Assembly (NCBI GenBank): GCA_018817585.1
Contig: JAHITE010000123.1
Span: 1,280-65,279, forward strand
Source: Candidatus Omnitrophota bacterium
GTDB taxonomy: Bacteria; Omnitrophota; Gorgyraeia; B26-G9
Direction of reading: 5' to 3'
Length of the DNA: 64,000 nt
Both the position numbers and the translations under genes were made by a program. Under the pieces are notes generated by a model. It made no database searches and had not been told where the DNA came from. It saw nothing but the letters and a program-made list of their open reading frames with translations. Below, one piece after another: positions 21,286 through 31,889 of this stretch (position 1 is its first letter; every line of letters begins with the position of its first letter).

Positions 21286-22661
21286 AATAATGCACAGCCA
21301 AAATCGATCAAGGCCTTTGTTCTTTTTAAGGTTTTTGATTCAGCGTAAATCCGCGCCACTGGTTCAGTTCCCGAAGAACGAATCAACAGCCAGCTTTCAT
21401 CACGCATAATAAATTTCGTACCGTCATATGTCTTAACTTCCACCACGTCCTGTCCTAAAATATTTTTCAGACGCGCTATCGGCTTAGTTACCTTTATTTT
21501 TAAATCGCGCCGCAAATAGAAAAATTTGCCAAATCGTTTTTGCATATCATTAATAATTTCAATTATCCCCTGTTTACGACAAGCCATTAATTCCAAAAGC
21601 AACAAACCGGAAAGCACCCCATCGCGTTCCGGCATATAGTTTTTAAACCCAATTCCCCCTGACTCTTCACCGCCGATCAGCACATCTTCTTTTATCATTT
21701 TCGCGGCGATATTTTTAAAGCCAACCGCTACTTCTTCCAACTCCAGATTGTAAAAAGCGGTAATTTTATCAACTAATGTAGTGGTGGTAATGCTTTTAAC
21801 AACCTTGCCTGTCATTTTTTTATTCTCCACAAAATGCAGCAAAATTAAACATATTGCCAGATGCGAACTAATCAGCTGCCCATCCGGACACATTGCCCCG
21901 ATTCGGTCCGCGTCACCATCTAAGGCAATAGCCAAATCATACGATTTAAGTTTCAAAGCTTTATCTAAAGCCAGCAAATTCTCGGCAATCGGCTCAGGAT
22001 TAACTCCGCCAAACAAAACATCATGATTTGCCCGAATCGTCTCCACTTGACAAAGGGAATTCTTTAAAACAGTTTCCACGATTCCAGCCCCGGCACCATG
22101 CATCGCGTCAACCAGAATTCGAAATTTATTTTTTCGAATAATCCCCATATCCAGATAATTTTTTAAAAAAACAATATAAGGCCTCAGCATATCAACATTC
22201 ATAATTTTTGCCGGCTTATCTGATTTCAGTCTGGGAACATTCAATCCGCCCCTGATTATCAGCTCGATTTCATTAGTCATGTCTTTAGACGCGGTTGCTC
22301 CGAATTCATCTTTAATTTTAAATCCGTTAAAATCATAGGGATTATGACTAGCAGTCAGGACAATCCCGCAAGCAAGCCGATTAGCGCGCACATACAAGCT
22401 GACTGCCTGAGTAGGAATCGGCTGCTCTGTTATAAAAACCGGCACACAATTTTGACTCAAAATATTTGCTGTTGCCTGAGCGAATTTATTTGATAAAAAA
22501 CGTTTATCATAGCCCAGAGCAATTCCCTTTTTATAACTTGACTGCTTATACTTTTTCAAGTACACAGACAAAGCCAGACTAATCCGCTGGACATTTTCAA
22601 AAGTAAAAGTATCCGCGATAATTCCCCGAAACCCGTCTGTTCCGAATTTAATTTCCTGCAT
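21282..22661 (-). CDS. phosphomannomutase/phosphoglucomutase family (alpha-D-phosphohexomutase)
   Basis: Active-site Ser loop [13 protein letters not shown] and metal-binding loop DGDADR; about 460 aa. Confidence 0.75.
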   Translation of the reverse strand: MQEIKFGTDGFRGIIADTFTFENVQRISLALSVYLKKYKQSSYKKGIALGYDKRFLSNKFAQATANILSQNCVPVFITEQPIPTQAVSLYVRANRLACGIVLTASHNPYDFNGFKIKDEFGATASKDMTNEIELIIRGGLNVPRLKSDKPAKIMNVDMLRPYIVFLKNYLDMGIIRKNKFRILVDAMHGAGAGIVETVLKNSLCQVETIRANHDVLFGGVNPEPIAENLLALDKALKLKSYDLAIALDGDADRIGAMCPDGQLISSHLAICLILLHFVENKKMTGKVVKSITTTTLVDKITAFYNLELEEVAVGFKNIAAKMIKEDVLIGGEESGGIGFKNYMPERDGVLSGLLLLELMACRKQGIIEIINDMQKRFGKFFYLRRDLKIKVTKPIARLKNILGQDVVEVKTYDGTKFIMRDESWLLIRSSGTEPVARIYAESKTLKRTKALIDFGCALL

Positions 22662-23304
22662 TTCTCAACCTTTCAATTGCCCGCGCTCTGTTTTTCGCTT
22701 TAAACACATAAGAACCGGCAACCAGCATATCCGCGCCATTAGCTACCACTAAAGGCGCGGTCTGATCAGTAATTCCGCCGTCAACTTCAATAATGCCTTT
22801 AAAAATTTTGCGCAGCCGGCTGATTTTCGGCAATACTCCAGGCATAAAACTCTGTCCGCCAAATCCCGGATTAACACTCATCACTAAAACCAAATCAGCA
22901 TAAGCTAAAAATTTTTTTATTTTACTCAAAGGCGTTGCCGGATTAAAACTGATTCCCAGCATGATCTTATGTTTATCCAGCTTTGCTTTAATTTTTTTAA
23001 TCAAACTCAAACAGGAAACTTCACAATGAACGGTTATAATTGAACTGCCGGCATTAATAAAATCATCCAAATAGAACCAGGGATCATCAATCATCAAATG
23101 CACATCTAAAGGAAGCTTTGTCCGTTTCTTAATGCTCGCGGTAACCGCGGAACCAATACTTATATTCGGCACAAAGTGTCCATCCATAACATCCACATGC
23201 ACCCAATCAGCGCCGGCTTTTTGAATTGAATTAACCTCTTTTTCCAAACAACTGAAATCCGCTGATAAAATTGAAGGCGCGATCAGCAGTTTTTTCTTTC
23301 GCAT
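22648..23304 (-). CDS. rpe: ribulose-phosphate 3-epimerase
   Basis: APSILSADF...HVDVMDGHFVPN; TIM barrel; about 215 aa. Confidence 0.9.
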   Translation of the reverse strand: MRKKKLLIAPSILSADFSCLEKEVNSIQKAGADWVHVDVMDGHFVPNISIGSAVTASIKKRTKLPLDVHLMIDDPWFYLDDFINAGSSIITVHCEVSCLSLIKKIKAKLDKHKIMLGISFNPATPLSKIKKFLAYADLVLVMSVNPGFGGQSFMPGVLPKISRLRKIFKGIIEVDGGITDQTAPLVVANGADMLVAGSYVFKAKNRARAIERLRNAGN

Positions 23305-24587
23305 TAAAACCTCCGTAAAATATTAATTAGTTTTTTCCGCTTTTGATCATCCACCGGGCCGACAACCGAAAGATTGAGCTTATTTTTAGTAAATATTTTC
23401 TTTGCCAAAAACTTTACTTCCTCAGCTGTGACCTTTTCTATACCTTGAATAACTTTTTCCACATATTGCGGCTTGCCATCAGTCATAATGCTTTCACCAA
23501 ACCAACTCATGTGTTCAAGAGTATCTTCCAAACCCATTAATAATTGTCCGCGGCAGTATATTTTAGCCCGGCTTAATTCGCTTTTTTTAACATTAACCTG
23601 AGAAATCTTTTTTAACTGTTCAAGAATTAAGTTTAAAGCATTTTCCGTATTCTTATTTACCACTCCGGCATGCACAATAAACGCGCCGGTATCACTGAAT
23701 CTTTTGGTTGCTGTGGCAATTTCATAAGCATAGCCGTTTTTCTCTCTGACTTCATTAAATAAACGGCTGGACATATTTGCTCCTAAAATAACATGCAGCA
23801 AGGTCATCGCGTGGCGCAGCGGATCTCTCCGGCGCAAAGCATGAAACCCTAGACATAAATGCGTCTGCTGTGTATCTTTTTTCAAAAAAACATAATTTGG
23901 CTTTTTCTGGTCAATAACCACCGGCGCGTAAGACAACTCTTGTCTTTTATTTAAATCATTGTTTTTATTTTTTAAAATTTTATTCAGATAATTTAATATC
24001 TGGCTGTGCGAAATATTTCCGCAAGCCGTAACTAAAACATTGCTCAAATCATAATATTTCTTCATAAACCTGAGCATAAAATCTTTATCAATTGCTTTTA
24101 AACTATCAAAATCACCTGCCAAATTTCGGCCTAACGCATGGTTTGGCCAGAGCAATTCTAGTAAGCGGTCATAAGCCAAGTGATTCGGCAAATCAAAATA
24201 CATTTTAATTTCTTCAAAAATTACCAAACGCTCCTTGGTAATATCGCTTTTTTTAAGCAAAGGGTTAGTAATTATATCCAACAAAACATCTAAAGTGCTT
24301 TGGCTATGCTTGTCTAGGACTTTAGCCATAAAGCAGGTTACTTCCTCGGAAGTAAACCCATTTAACAAACCGCCCAAACCTTCAATTGATTCTTTGATCT
24401 GGCGATAAGTACGTTTTTTTGTACCCTTAAAAACCATATGCTCAATAAAATGAGAAATACCGCTGGAGGATTTTGCTTCATATCTGCCGCCCACTCCGAT
24501 CCAAACACCCAGAGCAACACTTTTTGCTTCCGCTGCTCTACAAGTGGCAACTTTTAAACCGTTTTTCAATTCACTTATTTCATACAT
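23304..24587 (-). CDS. M16-family zinc peptidase (insulinase-like)
   Basis: Inverted zincin motif HFIEHMVFKGT (HxxEH) with downstream Glu; about 425 aa. Confidence 0.8.
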   Translation of the reverse strand: MYEISELKNGLKVATCRAAEAKSVALGVWIGVGGRYEAKSSSGISHFIEHMVFKGTKKRTYRQIKESIEGLGGLLNGFTSEEVTCFMAKVLDKHSQSTLDVLLDIITNPLLKKSDITKERLVIFEEIKMYFDLPNHLAYDRLLELLWPNHALGRNLAGDFDSLKAIDKDFMLRFMKKYYDLSNVLVTACGNISHSQILNYLNKILKNKNNDLNKRQELSYAPVVIDQKKPNYVFLKKDTQQTHLCLGFHALRRRDPLRHAMTLLHVILGANMSSRLFNEVREKNGYAYEIATATKRFSDTGAFIVHAGVVNKNTENALNLILEQLKKISQVNVKKSELSRAKIYCRGQLLMGLEDTLEHMSWFGESIMTDGKPQYVEKVIQGIEKVTAEEVKFLAKKIFTKNKLNLSVVGPVDDQKRKKLINILRRF

Positions 24588-24671
24588 ATATTATAAAAAT
24601 CATTCTGGTTTTATTTAATTTCAAATACTTAACTTATAGATTTTACTCAATTTAGACTAATATGTCAAACA

Positions 24672-24707
24672 AAAAAGCTCCTCAACTGGAGGAGCTTTAA
24701 AAAAAAT
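24672..24707 (-). terminator. rho-independent terminator (perfect hairpin + T-run) downstream of small ORF 24735..24932
   Basis: Stem GCTCCTCC-AGTT-GGAGGAGC followed by TTTTTTGTTTG on the minus strand. Confidence 0.7.
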
Positions 24708-24734
24708 CATAAAAATAGCTAAAATCTACTATGT

Positions 24735-24932
24735 TCAGTGTTTCATTAACTGCTTAATTTGTGCCTCGGTTTTTGTGAGCTTAACATTCAAAGCATACTT
24801 TGTAACATAAAGTTCATTGTTTTTATAAAAATAATAGGCTATATATAATGACCCGATAAAGTTGACCAACCCAGAATCTTGGTCTTGCTGAACCTGAAAT
24901 CTGCGCTGTATGAATAAATTATTATTATTCAC
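24735..24932 (-). CDS. small hypothetical protein (65 aa)
   Basis: A stand-alone ORF with its own terminator immediately downstream; no recognisable domain. Confidence 0.3.
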   Translation of the reverse strand: MNNNNLFIQRRFQVQQDQDSGLVNFIGSLYIAYYFYKNNELYVTKYALNVKLTKTEAQIKQLMKH

Positions 24933-25204
24933 AACAACCTCCTTTCCCTTTAATTTATATGTACATTTTAAAAGTGCTTAATAATATAACAATATAAATC
25001 TTATAACAAAAGTATACCATATGGAATTATTATGTGCAAGTCGTAAGACAGCGCTTAGCGGAAAGCGTTTAGTGAATAGATAATAATTATTAGTTATGAG
25101 TTATAAATTACGAATTGAAATAGTTTTTAGCTCTTAAATTGCGGATTAAAACATCTAATTTATCTTTTGCTTTAGCGCTATCCTCTAATCGCTATACTCT
25201 GCCC

Positions 25205-26179
25205 TTAGAATTTACAGGAAATGCCGAATTGGTGCAGATAATCCTCATTGCCTACCGCAGGATCCTGCCAATAAACAAACGTATAGTCAAAGTAATAACA
25301 TACAGGATGCGTTACAAAAAATTCCGCATACTGCCAGCCCAATCCCAAAGAGTAATATTTACTGGAATCCATGCTTGAATTAGGATTATGCGCTCCCAGC
25401 CTCAGAGAGAAATCGTCATTAAAATAATGTTCCATGCCCAAGCGTACATTTTGACTGTAATCAGATCCTCGATCCTGCGTATTACCAGTTAAATCATAAA
25501 TATCACAAGTTAATACAGTAGACTCATTCATATAATAAGCCAAACCCGGACGCCAGACTCTGATCAATCGACTATTTACCCCATGAATCGTAAAAGTCGG
25601 CTCATTAATATTTTCCACCAATAAACCCAAAGCCATTTTTTCCGACATATACCAGAGAAATCCCGCGTTTAAACTTATTGCTGTATCGCTGGAACTAATC
25701 CCGGGAATTTCTGATTTAAAATTAAAATAATTTAAAGAAACTCCCCAAGCCATATTTTCACTGGAAAAGAATTGACGGCCATAAGCAATACCTGGCTGCA
25801 TCAAAATTGTTTTACTGCGAGTTATTTCGTTTTCATAAGTACTGTTTTGATAATAGACCCCAACTGATCCGCTTTTAGAATCGGTCTGCCCCAGCTGCTT
25901 AGTATATACAATATAATCATCACTAATAAAATCACCAGTAATATAATCATTTCTCGCATTGATTGTTGCCGAAGCGCTAAATTCCTGGTCTTTTTGCCAG
26001 GCAAGACCAGCCGGATTCCAAGTACTGGCATTAGCATCATCAGCCAATGCGACAAATGCTCCGCCCATGGAAACCGGTCTGGCTCCGCCTTGAGCTGCCC
26101 AAACATTTTGATTACAAATAACCATTAACCCCATTATTAATAAAATAATAAAAAATCTTTTGCTTAAATATTTGCGCAT
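25205..26179 (-). CDS. outer-membrane beta-barrel protein, FadL/PorV-like
   Basis: Signal peptide; N-terminal motif RPVSMGGAFVALADDANASTWNPAGLA as in FadL/PorV-type barrels; alternating amphipathic strands; C-terminal Phe (..ISCKF). Stop/start abuts the peptidase gene. Confidence 0.55.
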   Translation of the reverse strand: MRKYLSKRFFIILLIMGLMVICNQNVWAAQGGARPVSMGGAFVALADDANASTWNPAGLAWQKDQEFSASATINARNDYITGDFISDDYIVYTKQLGQTDSKSGSVGVYYQNSTYENEITRSKTILMQPGIAYGRQFFSSENMAWGVSLNYFNFKSEIPGISSSDTAISLNAGFLWYMSEKMALGLLVENINEPTFTIHGVNSRLIRVWRPGLAYYMNESTVLTCDIYDLTGNTQDRGSDYSQNVRLGMEHYFNDDFSLRLGAHNPNSSMDSSKYYSLGLGWQYAEFFVTHPVCYYFDYTFVYWQDPAVGNEDYLHQFGISCKF

Positions 26180-28713
26180 TATAAATCACCTTTATTAAGC
26201 AGATCAGCTAATTTAACCAAAGAACTAAGACCATAGCGTACTGCTTTTTTAGCCGCGTCATTAGCTCTGATCATATCTGCCAGTTTTGGCCCAATTATAT
26301 AATAAACAGCCACAAATTCCCTGCCTCGATAATCAGCCATTAATTGTTTATCTCTAAATTTCCGCAGTAATACCACTTCCGGAGCTTGTTGGTCTCCATA
26401 GCAGGCTGTTGCCACAAAACAACTACTACTGCTGCTCGATGAATCAGCACTGCCTGAGCCTCCTAATACAGTTGTGCTGGCCCGGTTATTAGCAGCCACC
26501 GCTCCTTCATAAGTAGTCCCATTATAGCCAAAAGCAACATAATGATAAGTTGTATCAGCCTTAACATCAGTATGATTATAAGTTTCGGTTGTTCCTGGCG
26601 TAGCAGCCTTAGAAACCAGCAATGTACCGTCAGTCTCACTGGTAGGATAGGTTCCGTCCGTGCGATAGCGAATCATTACCTGAGTTAAATCCGCCCGGAT
26701 TGAATTTTTCCAGGATAAAGTCACCCAGCTGCTGTTGGCAAAAGCAATATTATTTGCTGTAAAATTTGTTGGTGATAAAAAAGCCGCGCTTAAAGGAGTT
26801 TGCGGATCGCCTAATAAATTAGTCGCGAAATAAGCCCAGCGCTCAGCATCATATGAGGCAACCAAGCCAATTGTTTCCTGCTTTGCCAATTGTAATGCTT
26901 TGCCGATATTTACATTTCCATCACGCACCACTGAGTCCCAGAATTCGCGATGAATCCGCTGCGATGCGCCATTAGTCCCTCCGGGATTATACCAGCCATA
27001 CCTTGAGTTGCCGATAAACGAAAATGCCCCATTAGCTTCTGTAGTAAAATGCTCTAAAATACAATCTGAAGCACCATAAATCCCGTCACTCTGCCGATTA
27101 TCAAAAGCTCCGGAATAACAGCCCTGAGTATAACCAAAAAAATACTCAGTGTTTGTTAAGCCATCAACATCAGCATTCGACATTGTCTTAGCAACTACAG
27201 TATTAGTAGCATGCCCCAAATGATTAATGACGTGAACACCCGCGTTAATAATTGCCACTAAACTGCTCGTAATCCAAGTAGCATCCTGATCATATAGATT
27301 ATTAAAACTAAAATAACCAGATTCTGACATACCGCTGGTGGAATAACCATTAGCGCTGGATCCATTACGAATTTCTTCCAAATATGGTTTTGCGTAAGTA
27401 TCTGTAACCAATTCACCCGCCATGCAAGCCCGGGTAAGATAATCCGCGTTAGAATTTTCATAAGCAATTGTTTTTTTTACAAAATTAGCCAACTCAGCCG
27501 TGGAATCAACCGGAGCCCGGCCAATATAGACCTCAGCAGTTAAATCAATACTCCCGCCGCCAGGCCCATCACCGATCTCTCCATATATCCCATTATTATT
27601 AAAATCAAAATCCCCATCAAAACAAGCATAATACATATCACAGGGAATATTATTATCAGGATCTAAATGTGCCGGGTAATCATTATTTACCTTGCCATAA
27701 AATCCTCTATAGGGAATTATCGGCGCTGCTTCGGTTTCTCCAGTAGCAATGCCACCGCCGTCAGCATCACCGACTAAAAGCACATATTGAGTTAAATTAT
27801 CTGTACAATAAGCAATAATAAAATCGCGCAGATTTCCCGCGTTATCCGATTTAGCAGTATAATTCGCATAAACCCAAGTTGTGTCAAATATTTCAGTAGA
27901 TATTCCCTTAGATTCTTTATGAGTTTTAAGATCATTCAGATTATTTACACCAACATAGTTTTTAAATCCTAAGCTCGTAATAATTAAATAATCGACCGTA
28001 GCTAAAGGAGCTGCCAATGAGGTTATAGCATTTTGACTATACGTACTAATATCTTCCGGATTATCTACAAAATCATTTACAGCCTTTTGATCAGCAGCAA
28101 TACCGCGATAAAACTTATTATTCGTACTCAGCGTCGCCAGCTCATCGGATAAGACAATATTAAGATTAAGATTATCATAATAAGCTAATTTACCAGTTGC
28201 CGGAATATATTCCACGGGAAAAAGATTAATAATCAGGATTTTATAACCACGCATTTCCTGCGTGGAAACAACTTTGTAGACAGATTCAGGATAAGCAGTA
28301 TTACGGCTATAGATTTCAGGATTAGGCAAAGTGGGATTAATCGGTCCCGCATAATCTGTTCGCGCTGGGGCTTGTGCCGGCTCAACAAAATAAGTACCGT
28401 AAACATATTTTTTACTGGTCCAGCCTAGAGTTACATTGCTGACTTTTTTCCCTTGAGGAATCAAATATTTTATGGTTTTAATTGGCAGCAAAGGTTCACC
28501 TGGTGCGGCAAAATTTTCCAAACCTTTAATTTTAACCCGATGATAATTATTTATTTTAGTAACTTCTACTGAATCAAGCTGTGTGCTAATCAGATTATTT
28601 TTAATTTTTAAAGAAAAACTCTGTTCTTCGCCAGCAGAATAAGCATTAAAATTAAATAAAAAAACAAAAACGCAAACACAGAAAAATATCCAGGTTGTTT
28701 TACTGCTGTACAT
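26179..28713 (-). CDS. secreted C25 (gingipain-like, clan CD) cysteine peptidase with FN3-like domain, poly-Ser linker and a conserved Cys-containing C-terminal domain
   Basis: Signal peptide; His-Gly/Cys dyad context INHLGHATNT ... GYTQGCYSGAFDN; FN3-like WxxLxW...Y..Y segment; SGSADSSSSSSS linker; C-terminal CFVATACYG...LLRKFRD...YY..GP..A domain. Confidence 0.6.
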   Translation of the reverse strand: MYSSKTTWIFFCVCVFVFLFNFNAYSAGEEQSFSLKIKNNLISTQLDSVEVTKINNYHRVKIKGLENFAAPGEPLLPIKTIKYLIPQGKKVSNVTLGWTSKKYVYGTYFVEPAQAPARTDYAGPINPTLPNPEIYSRNTAYPESVYKVVSTQEMRGYKILIINLFPVEYIPATGKLAYYDNLNLNIVLSDELATLSTNNKFYRGIAADQKAVNDFVDNPEDISTYSQNAITSLAAPLATVDYLIITSLGFKNYVGVNNLNDLKTHKESKGISTEIFDTTWVYANYTAKSDNAGNLRDFIIAYCTDNLTQYVLLVGDADGGGIATGETEAAPIIPYRGFYGKVNNDYPAHLDPDNNIPCDMYYACFDGDFDFNNNGIYGEIGDGPGGGSIDLTAEVYIGRAPVDSTAELANFVKKTIAYENSNADYLTRACMAGELVTDTYAKPYLEEIRNGSSANGYSTSGMSESGYFSFNNLYDQDATWITSSLVAIINAGVHVINHLGHATNTVVAKTMSNADVDGLTNTEYFFGYTQGCYSGAFDNRQSDGIYGASDCILEHFTTEANGAFSFIGNSRYGWYNPGGTNGASQRIHREFWDSVVRDGNVNIGKALQLAKQETIGLVASYDAERWAYFATNLLGDPQTPLSAAFLSPTNFTANNIAFANSSWVTLSWKNSIRADLTQVMIRYRTDGTYPTSETDGTLLVSKAATPGTTETYNHTDVKADTTYHYVAFGYNGTTYEGAVAANNRASTTVLGGSGSADSSSSSSSCFVATACYGDQQAPEVVLLRKFRDKQLMADYRGREFVAVYYIIGPKLADMIRANDAAKKAVRYGLSSLVKLADLLNKGDL

Positions 28714-30220
28714 CTGCTTTATCCTCCCACTCCCGCCATTTATAAACAGCCTGATCCAAAGCTTTTTTCATTGCCTGATCCCGCTTTTCTTTAATATCCA
28801 TTTCCCCTGTATTCTGATTAACAATATGCGGCGTAATAAAAACAACTATTTCTTTTTTCACATTCGACGTGCCCTGGCTTTTAAAAAACATTCCCAAAAC
28901 AGGAATACTGCCGAGTATCGGCACTTTTGATTGCGTCTGCGATACAGTATCTTTGATTAATCCGCCCAAAACAATTGTTTTTCCGTCCCGAACAATAACT
29001 GTGGTATCTGCCTGGGTTGTGTCCACTGCCAAGGAATTATTAACCTCAGCCACCCTTCTGGCGGAACTGACTTCCGGATGGATTTTAAGCGTAATAAAAC
29101 CATCATCACTGATTTTCGGAGTAACTGTAAGCTTTACGCCCACATCAATAAATTTAGTTTCTTCGGTCTGGGTATTTGAATCTTTATCAATATAAGTTAC
29201 TAAATATGGTTCCGAAGCACCCACCAGAATATTCGCCTCATTATTATTCATAACCGTAATCCGCGGATTAGAAAGGATATTTGTATCTGTCATGCTTTCC
29301 AAAGCCTGAATCGTGACTTGATATTGATCAGCGCTCAGAGTTCCGATTCTTAAAGTTCCGCCATTACTCACGCTCACGGGTAAAACAGCAGACACATTGA
29401 TCGTATCTCCGTCCGTATCATTAAGATATTCCCAATTTACACCCAGCCCCTTACTTTTGTCAACTGAAATCTCTAAGATTTTGGCTTCAATCAATACCTG
29501 CTTTGATCTTTGATCCCAGTTTTTTATCAACATATCAATTTTAGCAATTGTCTCAGCAATCACCCGAATAACTAAACTATTTGTTCTTTCATCAATAAAG
29601 ATTTCCCCTTCCTGCTTGGGAATTAATTCCGTAAGCTTGGCCATCATTTCCTTAGCATCAGCATAATTTAAGTTATAAACCTTGGTAATCATCTTATGAT
29701 CAAGCGCCGCGATTACTTCTTCAGCCTCAGCAATATTAGCCACTGTATCCGTAATAATAACCTGATTAGCCATTGAATTTATTTCTACTCTGCCGCGGGG
29801 AGATTTTGTGGAATTAAGCACTTGTCTTAAATCCGCGACTTTGACATTGCTTAAGAAAAATACCCGGCTGACTAATTTTTCAGTCTGTTCCTGCTGCAAA
29901 ACATCCTGCTGCGTCAAAACCCGGATAATTCCCTTGTCTTCAACAAATAAAAAATTATTCGCGGTTAAAATAGCATCCAACGCCTGGATAACCGTAATAT
30001 CATTAAGCTTGGCAGTTACCCTCCCCTGCACATTCCGGCTGGCAACAATATTAACCTGCCCCTGTTCAGCCAGCAATCTTAAGACATCAAGAATACTCAT
30101 ATTCTTAACATCCAGATCGATTTTAACTGTATTCATATCCGCGGCATACAAATGTTCAAAAGAACACAGCAGGCTTAATAGCGTTAATAATGTGACTAAA
30201 CATAAAAATTTATTTTTCAT
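28700..30220 (-). CDS. secretin (GspD/PilQ family), compact form
   Basis: Signal peptide; N-domains plus secretin domain with C-terminal hallmark KKEIVVFITPHIV; about 500 aa; overlaps the peptidase gene by 14 nt. Confidence 0.8.
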   Translation of the reverse strand: MKNKFLCLVTLLTLLSLLCSFEHLYAADMNTVKIDLDVKNMSILDVLRLLAEQGQVNIVASRNVQGRVTAKLNDITVIQALDAILTANNFLFVEDKGIIRVLTQQDVLQQEQTEKLVSRVFFLSNVKVADLRQVLNSTKSPRGRVEINSMANQVIITDTVANIAEAEEVIAALDHKMITKVYNLNYADAKEMMAKLTELIPKQEGEIFIDERTNSLVIRVIAETIAKIDMLIKNWDQRSKQVLIEAKILEISVDKSKGLGVNWEYLNDTDGDTINVSAVLPVSVSNGGTLRIGTLSADQYQVTIQALESMTDTNILSNPRITVMNNNEANILVGASEPYLVTYIDKDSNTQTEETKFIDVGVKLTVTPKISDDGFITLKIHPEVSSARRVAEVNNSLAVDTTQADTTVIVRDGKTIVLGGLIKDTVSQTQSKVPILGSIPVLGMFFKSQGTSNVKKEIVVFITPHIVNQNTGEMDIKEKRDQAMKKALDQAVYKWREWEDKADVQQ

Positions 30221-30723
30221 AGTCTTAACTCGAATATTTCATCATCTTTTTTCAGAATAACTCTGTCTGATTTAACTTCCTTAACAATAAAACCCTCAAC
30301 ATTTTCATTGCCATAACAGTAAAAAGAGCGATCATTAGTCACATTGCTGATTATTGCCTGAGGGCCTTGCGCTCCAGAAACAATACCCAAAAGCTGTAAT
30401 TGCCCGAGGCTTAAATCCGCTTGTTCGGTTTTTACCGCTAAATCTTTTTTTTGTCCGGAATTAATTCCAGATTGCGTGATAAATAATTTTCTGCGCGTAA
30501 GAATCCGTTCATAATATTTTTCTGATTTTTTTACTAGCTCTAAACTCGCTATTGCCGGCATTGTTTTTTTACCCATTTTAGTCTCAATATCCATATTCTG
30601 GACACTAAAAAATAATATGCTGAAATAAATCAGGATTAATCCCGCGAAAAACATTAATCCTATATTAACACGATTTATATATTTATCTTTAAAAATAATT
30701 CTATTCAATAAATCATTTGCCAT
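30217..30723 (-). CDS. PilP/GspC-like inner-membrane secretin-interacting protein
   Basis: N-terminal TM helix; C-terminal beta-domain ...LQLLGIVSG..PQAIISNV..GFIVKEVKSDRVILKKDDEIFELRL resembling PilP/GspC HR domain; 4-nt overlap with the secretin gene. Confidence 0.45.
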   Translation of the reverse strand: MANDLLNRIIFKDKYINRVNIGLMFFAGLILIYFSILFFSVQNMDIETKMGKKTMPAIASLELVKKSEKYYERILTRRKLFITQSGINSGQKKDLAVKTEQADLSLGQLQLLGIVSGAQGPQAIISNVTNDRSFYCYGNENVEGFIVKEVKSDRVILKKDDEIFELRL

Positions 30724-30732
30724 AATAAAAAA

Positions 30733-31254
30733 TTAGTCCTTCGCGAGAATAGCACTTAACAGTAACTGCACTTTTAAAGGCTCGCCTTCTGCCTGAGCAT
30801 TAATTTGCGTGTGTTTAATTGAAAACATATATGGCGATTTGTCTAAAGCATAAAAAAAACTGCCCAAATTTTTTAATTCACCTTCTGTTTCCAATTTAAA
30901 ATCAAATTCATTATAGATACCATCTTCTTTTAGCGGAAATGGCTTTACATTGGTCACATTAAGTCCTGCCATTCCGGCTTTACTTTTAACATCCTGTAAA
31001 ATATCTGTTAGCGCTGGCTTGCCGGAATTGGCCTGAAATTTTTGAACAAAATCATTATATTCTTTTTCAATCACTGTTTTGCCATTAAGGATCTGATTTA
31101 TTTGACTTAAACCTGTTTCCGCGGCCTGAATCTTTGAATTAATTATAGTATACCGAGGATAAGCAAACTGGAAAAAGAAAAAATACAAGCCAATGCCTAA
31201 AATAAGACATAAGTATAATGACATTAGAAATAATTCTCTGCGCATTAAGCTCAT
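30733..31254 (-). CDS. PilO/GspM-like bitopic membrane protein
   Basis: N-terminal TM helix, coiled-coil segment, C-terminal ferredoxin-like region; size and position match PilO upstream of PilP-PilQ. Confidence 0.4.
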   Translation of the reverse strand: MSLMRRELFLMSLYLCLILGIGLYFFFFQFAYPRYTIINSKIQAAETGLSQINQILNGKTVIEKEYNDFVQKFQANSGKPALTDILQDVKSKAGMAGLNVTNVKPFPLKEDGIYNEFDFKLETEGELKNLGSFFYALDKSPYMFSIKHTQINAQAEGEPLKVQLLLSAILAKD

Positions 31255-31889
31255 AAATAATTATTTTCTCGTGTTTCCTGGCTGATAGTTGTCGATGATC
31301 CATGCCCGGGAAAAACCAATGTTTGCGGATCCAACCCCTTTATCAGCTTCTGATTAATTGAATTAAGCAAGGCTTCAAAAGATCCGCCCGGTAAATCAGT
31401 TCGCCCGACTCCATGACAAAACAAAGTATCTCCGCTGAATAAGACATCCCTTACTTGCAGACAAATACCGCCGCGGGTATGTCCGGGAGTATGCAATACT
31501 TTAAGCTGTAAATCACCAATAGAAATAATATCATTGTCTTTTAAAATCTTTATTTTTGGCTTAAATTCCTGGCCGGTCCCAAAGCAGGCTGAAAGATTTT
31601 TTTCGCTGTTTACCAGCATTTCCGCGTCATCCGCGTGAATATAAACCGGCAAATCAAAATGATTCAAACATCCAATATGGTCATAATGCCCATGCGTTAA
31701 AACCACTGCTTTAAGCTTAAGTTTTTCCTGATTAACTACTGCCTTAATTTTAACTATATCCGCGCCCGGATCAATAATTACAGCATTAAGGGTATTACTG
31801 CAACCCAAAACATAACAATTAGTCTGCAAAGGACCAACAATGATTGTTCTGACGATTATTCCTTTATCCATGTTTTGACTTTTTCCCAA
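31251..31889 (-). CDS. MBL-fold metallo-hydrolase (glyoxalase II-like)
   Basis: HxHxDH motif VLTHGHYDHIGC; about 210 aa. Confidence 0.75.
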   Translation of the reverse strand: MGKSQNMDKGIIVRTIIVGPLQTNCYVLGCSNTLNAVIIDPGADIVKIKAVVNQEKLKLKAVVLTHGHYDHIGCLNHFDLPVYIHADDAEMLVNSEKNLSACFGTGQEFKPKIKILKDNDIISIGDLQLKVLHTPGHTRGGICLQVRDVLFSGDTLFCHGVGRTDLPGGSFEALLNSINQKLIKGLDPQTLVFPGHGSSTTISQETRENNYL

